From Cyanophora paradoxa CCMP329 (taxonomy: Eukaryota > Plantae > Glaucophyta): 64,000 nucleotides of DNA. The position numbers and the translations under genes are program-made. Shown one piece after another: positions 12,208-23,412 of this stretch. The stretch lies in NCBI GenBank assembly GCA_004431415.1, contig QPMI01000439.1:62001-126000 (forward strand), given 5' to 3'. Positions within the stretch are counted from its first letter, which is position 1; the number at the start of each line of letters is the position of its first letter. Under the pieces are notes generated by a model, which saw only the letters and a list, made by a program, of their open reading frames with translations, was not told the origin of the DNA and made no database searches.

Positions 12208-13378
12208 GCTCCTGCCCCGGCCCCGGCCGGAGCCGCACTGGCCGCAGCCATCTCCGTTGTCTCGGGCCCGTCGCCCGCCGTTGCCCTTACGCCCGCGGCC
12301 GCGGCTGCTCCGCCGGCGCGCCCCACGCGGCCGTACCTCCCGCCGAGCCTCCGCGCGCGGCATCCTCCGGCCCGCCCCCGGCCCCGCCCCGCCCCCCACG
12401 CCCCGACAAGCTCCTGAATCCTGACAAGCTTCGACACGGACCTCGGAGCTCGGCGCCGGCCGAGCTCCTGAATATATAATCTCGAGCTCGGACGTCGACC
12501 TCGATCTGATTTCGAAGCTTTTCAAAATAGATGGGCATTTATTAGAATAGATGGGCCAGGAGCACAGCGAGGGCCGGGGGAAAGGGGGCGGGGAAATGCG
12601 GGCCGGATCATCCTTGGCGTGCAAGGACTCAGTTCATGTACAGGCCTCAGGGAGCGGCGGGGGCTCCAGCCTCGAAGGACGTCGACTGCGAGAGTTCGAT
12701 GGATTAATATTTGTCGGAGAACTCGAATCCGGAGGGCCGATCGAGAGAAAGAGCGAACAGGATATCGTGTATATGAGAGGCTGTTAGCAAGGAGGCGGTT
12801 TAAGCGCCCGGAAAGACTTCATGGAATTTGGAGAAAATTGGGAGAATTTGGAGAGAACTTTGGTGATGGGGTGCTAGCGCTCATGACTCAGTGAGGGGCT
12901 ATCAGCCCCTCGAGCTCGCGGGTGATCATGAGGGGCTATGAGCATGAGGGGCTTGAAGCTTAAGGGCCCCGAGAAATTCCGGTTGAGAGGAAATTAGAAA
13001 GCGAGAGTAAATTAAAAAAGCGAGGAGAAAGGAGAATATTAATGTGAGTCGTCGAAGAGCGCGGCGACATTAATTGCAGAGCGCATAAGAAAGAAGCGTG
13101 CATGCGCAGGAGCACCTTCGCGAGTCGGCGGCCCGGGCGCTTTTGCAAATTTCGGCCTGCAGTTGAGAGCGAGCTTTGGAATAATTCGGGAGAGAGCAGT
13201 CGCTTCCGGCGGCTATTGCAGCTCGGCGCTTCGAATTTTCCTGCTCAAACGCGTACGAACGCAGGTGCGCGCATGCGTGCCCAAAGCGTGCGAGCTCGAT
13301 TGCGAGCTTCGGGCACGCGCAGCGGACGCAGCGCTCTTGCACCCGATCGCGAGACGCTTCCGCAATATATAACGTATT

Positions 13379-16300
13379 ATGGAGCCGATGCGAGCCTCGA
13401 AACGCGAGGTGAGGTGCTCTTGCGATCGTATATACGTATATACACCGCTTGCAGTTAACGTTGTGATGCCGGCGCCGATTTCCTTTTCCAATCTAGGGCA
13501 TAGAGAATGTACTTGCCGATGTCGATCGCGATATCGATATCGATGACGGTTTTCTGGATTTCAGCAAGTATATCGATATCGAGGAATTCGAATCCTGGCC
13601 ATGGGACGTCACGTTCCAGTGCACGTGTTGGCAGTGCGATGAAGCACTTTCGCCAGCTGGGAGCTCAACGGCTTCCCTCTGCGTCGGATTCGTGCGCCAC
13701 TTAGAGACAATGGCGTTGCCAGATGAAGACAGCTTGGAGCGCTGCATTGCTCAGTGGCAGGTTAGTTCGCTTTTCAATCTATAACTCACATACTATTCCG
13801 ATTATCCGGATCCGGTGTCCGATTTACTGCGTGCCCGGTGCCATGAAAATAATTATATCGTACGGTCGCAGGGCGAACTTGAAAGATGCGTCGCCAAGCG
13901 GGGAGAGCAGGGCCTCGCATCCATTACGTACGCTCTTCGGCTCGCCCGCCTGCTTCGACATTGCCACATGAACGCCGAAATTATCCAGCTTTACAAGGTG
14001 CTCTGCTTCATCTTTTGAACTCGAATATCCTCGATTTCTGATACTCCTCCACTTTGAATTTTGAAGCGATTCCTTTCCCCCCGCCTCGCGGACGAAAAGC
14101 GCCGGAAAGAGCTGCTTGGGGCTGCTTCTGAGGAGGCCCTCTCAGAGCACATACAGAGTTACATCAAAAATCTTAAGAGGCCGCGCATCTGTCAATGCAC
14201 CGAATGCGTGCGGTGCGGTTCACGAATTGTCAATATCCTTATAATCACTGCGCGCGGCATTCTCTCCCACTTTCGAATCCCGCTGCGCATATGAATGCGC
14301 AGGCGCGATCGCGAGCCTCGGCTGTGGCTGTGCACGTATCGATGCGAGTGTCGAGAGTGCGTGGAGGCGCGGTCACCCACCGGGGGCACTGCGCATGCGG
14401 CTCATTTTTGCGACGATTTCATCGAGCACCTGGAATTGACGGCATCCCGGGTCAAGGATACGTATTCGCATGCGAGCTCGCAACCGGAACTCGACGCTTG
14501 CGTGACTCGCTGGCGGGTTCGCATGCACTTTCGATATTAATGTGCAATTGCGTACATTTTTATTAATGTGCAGATTGAGCTGGAGGAATGCGTCGCCAGG
14601 CAAGGCCCGGGAAGTCTGGCGTCGGTTGCGTACGCTCTTCGACTTGCTCTTCTTTTCTTCAAACTGGGTACGAAGGCGAAGTGTTTTGACCTGTACACGG
14701 TAGCCCGATAATCGTGCAATTGCAAGCGCTAATAAGAGAATATTGACGAAAGCACAGCGCTTTCTGGCACCTCGCCTTTTAGACCAGTGCGGAAGGTTTG
14801 AACTTCTCGGTGCTGCTTCTCCAAAGGGCCTTGCCTGTCATGCGAGCTGCTACGCCTCATATTGCTCTGCTGCCGGAGACTATGAAATCGCGAAAGATTA
14901 TAACCTGGTTTGCGCTTACAATTGCGATTCCAACCTTAAATTGTTTGCAATTGGTTTGCATTTTATCTCATTATCAACAGGTGGCGCTGAACATCTGGAA
15001 GCGGTATGTCAATGGCATCGTCATAGACGGCAACAACATTAATCCTATTAATATTGCTACAACCCTCTGGTCGCTCGCGTCGGACTTCATTACTTCGAAA
15101 GCGCGCGAAGAAGCAAGGCAGTGCGTGGAGGTTTGTATTTGCGATCGCGAGAAGTATGATATACGCGGATTGCGCCCTTGCGATCAGAGCTGATATCTAC
15201 TTTTGGCCGCACATGCAGCTGGCAGTCGCTGGAGACCGTCAGCGGCCAGCTGCCGTCTGCGCCTGCATCTGGTGTGGTGTACCGGAACATATCGATTTAT
15301 TTTCTTTGCTCAGAGACCTTGTAAATCTGCACGTTTCCGCAACCGATGGTCTATCTCTAGATTTCGGAGAAGAGCCGCTTCTGAAAGTGCGCTCGCTCTG
15401 TTACTTCGCATCTCGATGTCTATTGATAGCGATGTCGTCAGTGGACCCTGACCATCGCGGAACGAGCTTGTGATTCGTGCAAAAAGAAAGGCCCCTTCGG
15501 ATCTGCGTCCGACTTAATTCACAAATTTGTGGCAAGTGGTGACCTCAGCGCGCATACAGCTCTATTGCTTTTGAAGGTCAGCAAGTATGATCTCGAGATA
15601 GCTGATTATTATATCATGCTCAATATCCCGCCGTGCAAAGATACTATAGCTAATTGTACATGCGTACGTAATCTGCACCTTCGATCTGCAGCCTGCGCTA
15701 CCCCAGACGGCGCAAGACGATCGCGAAAGCGAAAACGGAGATCTCGTTGCGATTCTGTTTAATCTTGGATGCATCAGTCGACTTGCATGTCGACTCGATG
15801 AGTCAGCTTCGTTTTACTGTGTATGCCGCGACTTTGATAAAACCTTCTGAGCTCGGATTCAGTCATATATTCTCGCACGCGCAGCGAGCTGTGGAAGTTT
15901 CAGAGCGGACATGTGGAATGCTTCACGAAGTTACAGAACGTGGCCTCAACGCACTTGGCGTTCTTATTGAAGAGAAGCATGGCTTGCCTGTTGCTGCTTT
16001 TTTTTACCAGGTGCGGCTGCCTGTGTGTATATACTGCCAAACCGATGATTGCAGTTCATGATCATGATTCTCCTTGTGGTGCTCTTGAAATCAGAAACTT
16101 CTGGAGTTCGTTCAACAGGCTGGGAGGTTGCCCATATTTGTTGACAGCACCACCTGGACTCTGGCTGGGTTGAAAAAGGTGACAGTGTCCGCGGGGAGGT
16201 GGGATGGGCGGGGAGAGGGGAGGGGGGGCGGGGGGGGGGGGGGGGGGGAGGGGAGGGGAGGGGAGGGGGTGCATCTTCTTCCTAATGTCAAGTCGCTCGC

Positions 16301-18054
16301 GCAGCACCTCGCTTCTAAGATCAAGCTGGAGAAGCGGCGGCAGGCGCGGGACGAACAGAAGCGGGCGCAGGCGGAGCTCGCACGAGCGCGCGAGGAGGCC
16401 GAGTGTGTCGAGCGCGCCCAGCGCGACGCCGCAGCCACAGTGCGTCGTGGCCCGACTCGTTGGCGTGGCTGTTGTCGCGGGTTACATATATCGGACCGGA
16501 TTTAAACGCTCTTCGAAATCGAATTCATGATCACTATTTACCAGGAGTCGGCTCGAAAGCTCATGCAAGACTCGAACTGGACACGCGCCCGCTCGCTGCT
16601 CAACGCCCTTCTGAAGGTCACGAGGAATTCAAAGACATAGATAATAAATGATTTTGTTCTCTTCAAATAATATCCGTCGACGTCGTACTGCTGACGAACA
16701 TCGCCTCGCAGCGCTCGCCGGAAAATACGGAGGCGCGGCTGCTCCTCATCCGTGCGTATAAAGTTCAATCCATGGCAGTGACTCAGAGAGGAATTCGCAA
16801 TTTTCCCGCTTGGCAGAGTGCATGGTGGGGGCCGGACAGCTGGAGGAAGCCTCGCGGGAGGTGGCGAGATGGGAGAGTCGGCTCACCGCGGCCGTCGCTG
16901 AAGGCAGCACCGATCGCGAACTTCTTGCGAAGTGCGTCAATGGCAACGTTGCATATCTAAACGCGCTCTGCCATAGCCAGTGCTCACCAACGGCAGAGTT
17001 CAGCGGCAGCGGGAGCTGGTGGAGAGCGAGGTTCGCCGGAGGGCGGAGGAGCTGCAGCGGCGGGCGGAGCGGGAGCGCGAAGAGGCCGCGAGGCGGTGCG
17101 TCGAGCTCGAGGAGGGGAGGCGCCGCGAGAAGGAGGCGAGGCGGGCCGCGGAGGAGGCGGAGAGGCAGCGGCGGGAAGAGGAGCGGCGGCGGGAGGAAGA
17201 GCGGCGGCGTGACGAGGCGAGGCAGGCCGCGGCCGCCGAGGAGCAGAGGCGGCTTGAAGAGGCGGCCCGGCGGCGAGAGGAGCGGGCCGCGGCCGCGCGC
17301 AAGGATCCTCCGCCCTGCCGCTTCTTCCCGTCGGGCGCCTGTCGCAACGGGACCCGCTGTCGGTGAGTGGGCACAGATCGGCACGACAGCTTTAGCCAGA
17401 TATGCACAACTTGACTCTAGATGACGCTCTAAGCTTAAGAAACTCGAGCGACGCAGACGACCTGAATTCACTTTGATTCTCTCGCAGATTCGCCCACGTT
17501 TCCGCATGCGCAGCGAACGCCCGCCCGCCCGCTCCTGAAACCACAGAGCCCGAGCCCGAGTGCGCCATCTGCCTCGACACGGCGCCGCCGCCCCGCGCGG
17601 GCCGCCCCGCCGCTCGCGTCGCCCTCCCCTGCGGCCGTGCGCCTGCGCCTCCCGCCTTTTCCCGAGGACGTATCCTCGAGACTAAACATGACCCGCCCCG
17701 CCCCGCGCCCGCGCGCCAGACCGCTTCCACCGGGGCTGCATGGAGACGTGGCGCGGGGGCTGCCCCTTCCGCTGCGGCGAGTCCCCTGCGCCGTCAACGT
17801 CGCAGGCCCTCCGGGCCCCGGCGCCCGCCTCGCCCCCGGCCCCGCCCCCGCCCCCTCCGCCTCGAGCTCCTGCCCCGGCCCCGGCCGGAGCCGCACTGGC
17901 CGCAGTCCCCTTCGTTGTCTCGGGCCCGCCCCCCGCCGTTGCCCCTGCGGTCACGGCTGCGGCCGCTCCGCCGGCGCGCCCCACGCGGCCGTACCTCCCG
18001 CCGAGCCTCCGCGGCATCCTCCGGCCGACGCCCCAACAAGCTCCTGAATCTTGA
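13379..18054 (+). CDS. Paralog B: tandem duplicate of A (Cys-rich/TPR-like, coiled coil, CCCH, RING-H2)
   Basis: Exon-by-exon homology to A (QCTCWQC, YALRLARL, ELLGAAS, IWKRY, KLEKRRQ, near-identical CCCH and RING). Ends ...RPYLPPSLRGILRPTPQQAPES*. The start is approximate. Confidence 0.8.
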
Positions 18055-18474
18055 GCTCGGACCTCGGAGCTCGGCCTAGGCTTGATTTCGAGGCTTGTCG
18101 TTAATCAGTATAAATCGGCTTTTATTTCGAAGTCAATACAAAAAGCAGGCCAGCTGCAGGAGCACAGAGAGGGCTCAGCGGGGAGAAAGGAGCGGGGAAG
18201 AGGGGGGGCCCGGGAGTCACTCAGAGAAAACTCGAATCAAAACGTAACCGGGAGCAAGAATATTATCGCAAGGCAAATAAAAAAAAGGCAGTGCAGGCAG
18301 TCCCCCGACTGCACAAACCGGCACAAGCAGTGGGCAGCGGGCAGTTAAGAATATTTAACATAGAAGCGTCGCATCACATACGTTGAGGATATCGCGATCG
18401 ATCATGATCATGACATGATGGGCCACAATGTTACTGCGCCGCCTAGGCCTGCGCATGCTGCGCTCCGCGTATGG

Positions 18475-21400
18475 CTAAGCCTGCTGCGCGCCAGCGCCAA
18501 CGCCGGCCGAGCTCGAGGCGGCCTCCCTTGCGCGGCGGGCGAGGAGGCGGTCGAGCTCGCCGCGCGCCCGCGCCCCGAGCGGCCCCTCCCGCGCCTCCTC
18601 CACCAGCAGCTCCACCTGCGTTCCCGGGCCGCCCGGGGCATTGTTACTTTGAGCGAGATATTAGGTAAAGAAAACCCTGGCCCGTGAAGACAGATGGATC
18701 GGCGAGCGTGATCACGCATCGGCCATGCATATGGGGCGCAGGAGGGAGTAGGGAGGAGGAAAGGCCCTGAGGTTGGGTCCTATCGTATCACAAATTTCAA
18801 AATGTGAAATTCCTATATTTGAAGACACCTATAGCTTCACCACTCTGTTTCACGTTGGTTTCACGACTCTGTTTGTTTAACATGGCTCGGCGAGGACGCA
18901 GACTCAGAAAGCGCAGATAATAAGCGCGGGCGCCGCACCATTCGATCCAGGGTGAAGAGAACGGCGTCGAGTATGTCCCGCTCCTCGTTGCCCGCGTTCG
19001 GGATCTCTTCCGCCAGCTTCTTCAGCAGCTGCGGCCGCAGGCTGCATGCCGGAAGCAACACCAGCGTGCGGCCTGTGAGCGCGAGTCGACGCAGCACGTG
19101 GTATCTGCGCAAATGCACACATCAATGAAATATGTATTGAACATTGATGAAAGTCGCAATTGTAGCTCAGGAAATCGTCGCACGCGGAACCGTCGGCTGT
19201 CAGAGCGAATTGCTCGGCGATCCACGCCAGGGTCCCGTCCTTCGTCCAGCCTAACACCTGCCAAAGGGCGAGTTAAAAATTCCAACATGTACAGAAAATA
19301 AACGGAACGCGCCGAAGAAGCGGCAGGCGTTGAAGGGGGTCCTAGGCCTGCTGCTGCTGCTGCTGCCCTGGCAGAGCTCGAGGGAGCTCCAGCAACGTTA
19401 ACGATGGCCACGGCCCCCCCCGCGTGCACGGCTGCGTCGCCGCGAGAGCTTGGACCGGAGTCCGCGGACGTGGCCGCCTTCATCGAAGAGGCTTCGAGAT
19501 CGATCACTTCAGCCCTCCCCCGTCCGGTCCGGGCTCCACGAGCACAGATTCGTCCACCACGGCTGCGGCAGCGGCAGCGGCGGCTGTGGCAGCGGCTGCA
19601 GCTGCTTGCAGCGCGGCAGGAGCGGGCTGCGTTTGCTCACGGGCGCTGCTGAGTGCGCTCGAAGAGGCACCGGCAGCTGCAGCCGATGGCAGCATCGCAG
19701 CCCCCTCGGGCGCGGCCCGCTTGCCGAGCTGCTCGAAAACACTTGTCAGTGTACAATAATTTTACGTCTTGTTTGAGCGCAAAACAATTGCAAGCATGTG
19801 CATGCCTCCAGTTCGGCATCAACGAATGCGACGGTGCGCCGAACGGCGGCCGCGATGTCCTTGTTCCAGTCTGGGTCGTTGTCACCGATCTTGAAGCGGT
19901 ACTCCTTGGGGCCGGTGAAGAGCTTCCGGTACCACGACTCCGATGCGTACTCTGGCGCGGCGCTCGCAATAAGCTCACAGCTAGATCTGGCGCAAGGAAA
20001 TTGCAAATTAATAGTTGATCGTGAGGCATTTTATGATTACCTTCGACTGCGAAGTTGGTTTCCATGCCGTAGCGACGCTCGCCATCCGGACCGTACCAGG
20101 CGATGTTGCAGCGGTCGAAATACCGCTGCGCTTCGTCCACCGATGCCACCGGTGGAGAGATGATCTGCAGAAAATGAAAACACGATTAAAACCCATATTT
20201 GAAAAATGGCCATCGACGTGAAACTAGGTTGCTGACCTTAACACTCTGGAGCAAGAAGGCGGCATAAAACTGCCCCTCCAGTTTGAAGGCAAACGAAAAC
20301 TCAGCGTTTTTCTGAGCAGTTAACGTTGCGGCATTATAAATTAGAAATGAATGATTACAAGGAATTGGGATTCGGCACACCTCGCCGCGGCCGTGCAGAT
20401 CATTCCAACGCCTTTCGAGATCGCCTGCTTCGGCTGCGACTAAAGGCGCCGCGCCGCGCTCGGAGGTCCTCTGTCTCTTTGAAGACCGCTGTGAAGACTC
20501 GAAGCTGCACCGGGTATTGCCAGTGCGAGTACTGGTGCCGGCAGCCTCCCGTGTCGCGTTTCCTGCCCTCTGCTCAGCTGCTGCACGTGGCCCATGATAA
20601 ACTCTACATTGCGGTAGGAAGAAGATCTATAGCTATGGTGAACCAGCAAGCATGCGCACCAGCCTCTTCTGCATCGCACACCCCATCGTCCTCGTCCCCG
20701 TCGTTCTCGAGCTCAGGCTCCGGATCCTCCTCACTCTCGTCCTCGTCGATATACGAATTTAGATCTTCCGAATCGTCTGCTTTTGTCTTCGGGACTCGGG
20801 CTCCTGATTTCTTCCGGCCGCGCGCGGGTGGCTGACGCCTGTGCCAGTTCATTAATTATAAATCCACACATTGACGAGAAAATGAAAACCATGAATGAAA
20901 GAGACCTTTCTCCGGAAAGCTGGGCAACTGCCGGGCGCAAATCGTTCGAGGAACGGACAGATACTGTTGTGCAGAAAGTCCTTCACGACGAGTGTGCCGT
21001 TCAAGGGAATCTCGAGCTCGCCCCGCTGCAGGGCGGCAAAGAACGCCTCACCCCCGTAGTCTGCAATTCGAGCGAATTACGAAAGTCGATGTCTATGAAA
21101 GTCTAGCTTATAGAAATTAGCATGGAACAGACCCGAGAGAGGGAAGTTCAGCATGTCTCTCTGCAGTCGTCGCTGCAGCCCGATCCCGGTCTTCTCGTCA
21201 ACGTGATCGCAAATGATCGCAAAACGGTCCCGGGCCCTGGCGGCCATCTGAAATTAAAAGAAGCGAATCAACACGAGCGTCAAACTGAGGCAAAGAAAGG
21301 AATTGTGAACAGAATCGGACGCACGGCTTGCGATTCAATAGAAGCAGTGTAAATCTGTTCGAAGAGAGATATCGAAGTTTGTGTGTGGCCATGATGCCAA

Positions 21401-22783
21401 GAACACCGGGCATGTGAACCTCTTTCGTGCGCCAGTTGAACCTTCCTAAAAAGTACCCGGCGCCCGCTGTTTCTCACGTAGCTTTTCATGGACGTCGACC
21501 TGCACGCGATTTATGGTAGCTGCACCCCAAATTGATGCAGGGGTTTTTAGATCTACCGACTTGCGATCAGGGGTTTCTAGAACTATTACGATGGCGAGTG
21601 CCGGATAACTTGCGATCGTTGTATACGTAGATCTATTAGAGATCGCCAATAATAATTAGTATTACGTGATGGGAATTGTACCATGCGACGCGAGGGCTTG
21701 CTGCCGGGTGCGTGCCGCTCGAGGAAAGCGTACACGAGCACCCGGAGGTCGTCCTTGTCCGGCGCCCCCGTCGTCGGCAGCTCGCAATCGAGCTCGCCCC
21801 GCTGCAGGGAGGCGTAGAACGCCTCCCCCTCGTAGTCTGTGGGAAACAGATGCAGCTTGGTTTGCACTAGTACCGTAGTACTGGCAATCATTGAGCGAAT
21901 ATTAATATATCAATGCGCGTACCAGAGTGCGGATGATTAAGGACATCTGTCGGCAAGCGTTGCTGGCGTCCAGTCTTCTCGTCGACATGATCGCAGACGA
22001 TGGCGAGGCGATCCCGGGTTCTGGCGGGTTCCTGGACCTGGAGGTGAAAGGCGCCGGCGGTGACGATCATGCAACAATTCTGAACGTACGGCTTCCGTTG
22101 TATAGCGTCTTGTCCGAACCTGTGCAAAGTTTGAAACCGAATATTAATTTCAGGACATGACAAGCCTTCGCGCGCCTTCCGCCCCCGCCAACTGAAGACT
22201 CCAGCAAATTTGCCATACTTCGTTGTCTCAATACCGATAGTACGCACGCCCACCGCCCCCTGATGAGCAGCGCATCGATCATTGGATGCTTAGACCCATT
22301 GATATATAAATATATATATTTTCAATGCGGATATATTGGGTTCGGTACCGGTGCGAGATGCGACCGCGACCTAACAATGCGCGGGTTTACTGCGGCGCAT
22401 ATGCATGGTCCAGCCGCGACGTCGACGCATGCGGTCGTATGCCGCTTTATGCGCGTATAGCGTACGGCGCGGTGCCAAGGAAGAGGAGAGATTTAGAGCG
22501 AGGAGAAAGCGGAGAACGAGGCGACGAAGCCGGACATGTGGGCACCACGCGTGCGTTAATTCAATGAGCTCCAGCCTGCAGCTGCAGCTGGCACCGTATA
22601 CGTAGAGCCGCCATGGGCTCCCGCCCCGGCAGAAGGCGAAGTCCGGATCCTTATTTCTCGCGAGCTCGAGCTTGCTTCCGCCGATTCGAATTCATGATCA
22701 GGCGACAGGGCGATCGAGCTCGAGTCCGCCAGCGCCGATCGCGAGACCGGGTCTTCCGATGCGGAGTTCGGGTCTGAATCCAT
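18475..22783 (-). CDS. Paralog C: three divergent AP2-like domains + C-terminal SAM-like domain; frameshift/stop at 21446-21448 (possible truncation or pseudogene)
   Basis: Repeats QEPARTRDRLAI...LNHPHS|DY, MAARARDRFAI...LNFPLS|DY and DEAQRYFDRCNIAWYG...TNFAVE|EY resemble the AP2 helix EEAARAYDRAA..NFPxSDY. WTKDGTLAWI...RYHVLRRLALTGRTLVLL resembles SAM. Last exon VELLVEEARE...*. Confidence 0.65.
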
Positions 22784-23412
22784 GGATACCTGCGCGAGCT
22801 TCACGATCAGGGAAATCGAAGGCGCAGGCCGCGCGAGGGCCGCGCGCCTCGGCGAGCTCGAGGGCAGGCGCGGGCCGGCGCCACGCAAGTGGACGCTCCA
22901 CGACGACTCAGCAGCTGTGCTCGTGCTTCGAAGAGCTGAAGACCTGATTATTCCTAGATTCAAAATTTTCCCCTATAGGCCTCCTGATCCTCCCCTATAG
23001 TACTAGTCTCCCGGAGTCCCACTTTTCTCCCTGCCGGCGCCAGGCCGGCGCCTGCGCATGCATTCTCCCCTTCGAATTCCCTCCCCATTATAATTAATAT
23101 TCATCTCCTTCCGGATCCCACCCCTCTTAGATCTCCGGATCCGGTTCCGGATCGAGGCCTGAAAGCCGAGAATGGATCCGGAGAGCTGAAGTTTTTGGAG
23201 AGCAGCAACCTTAAGCTTCTCCGAGGCCCTGAGGCCGCCTCAGCACCACCGTAATGGGTCTCCTCTCTTCTCATTCAATTCTCTTCGCCACATGTACAGA
23301 CGCCGGCCCTTCGAATTCCGAGTCCATCCACCATCTTCGAGACTCAGCCTGCCCCCAGTGGCAGCCCCCCTCCGGCAAACCGGCCCGCCCCGGCGGCCGG
23401 CGCCGCCCATAG

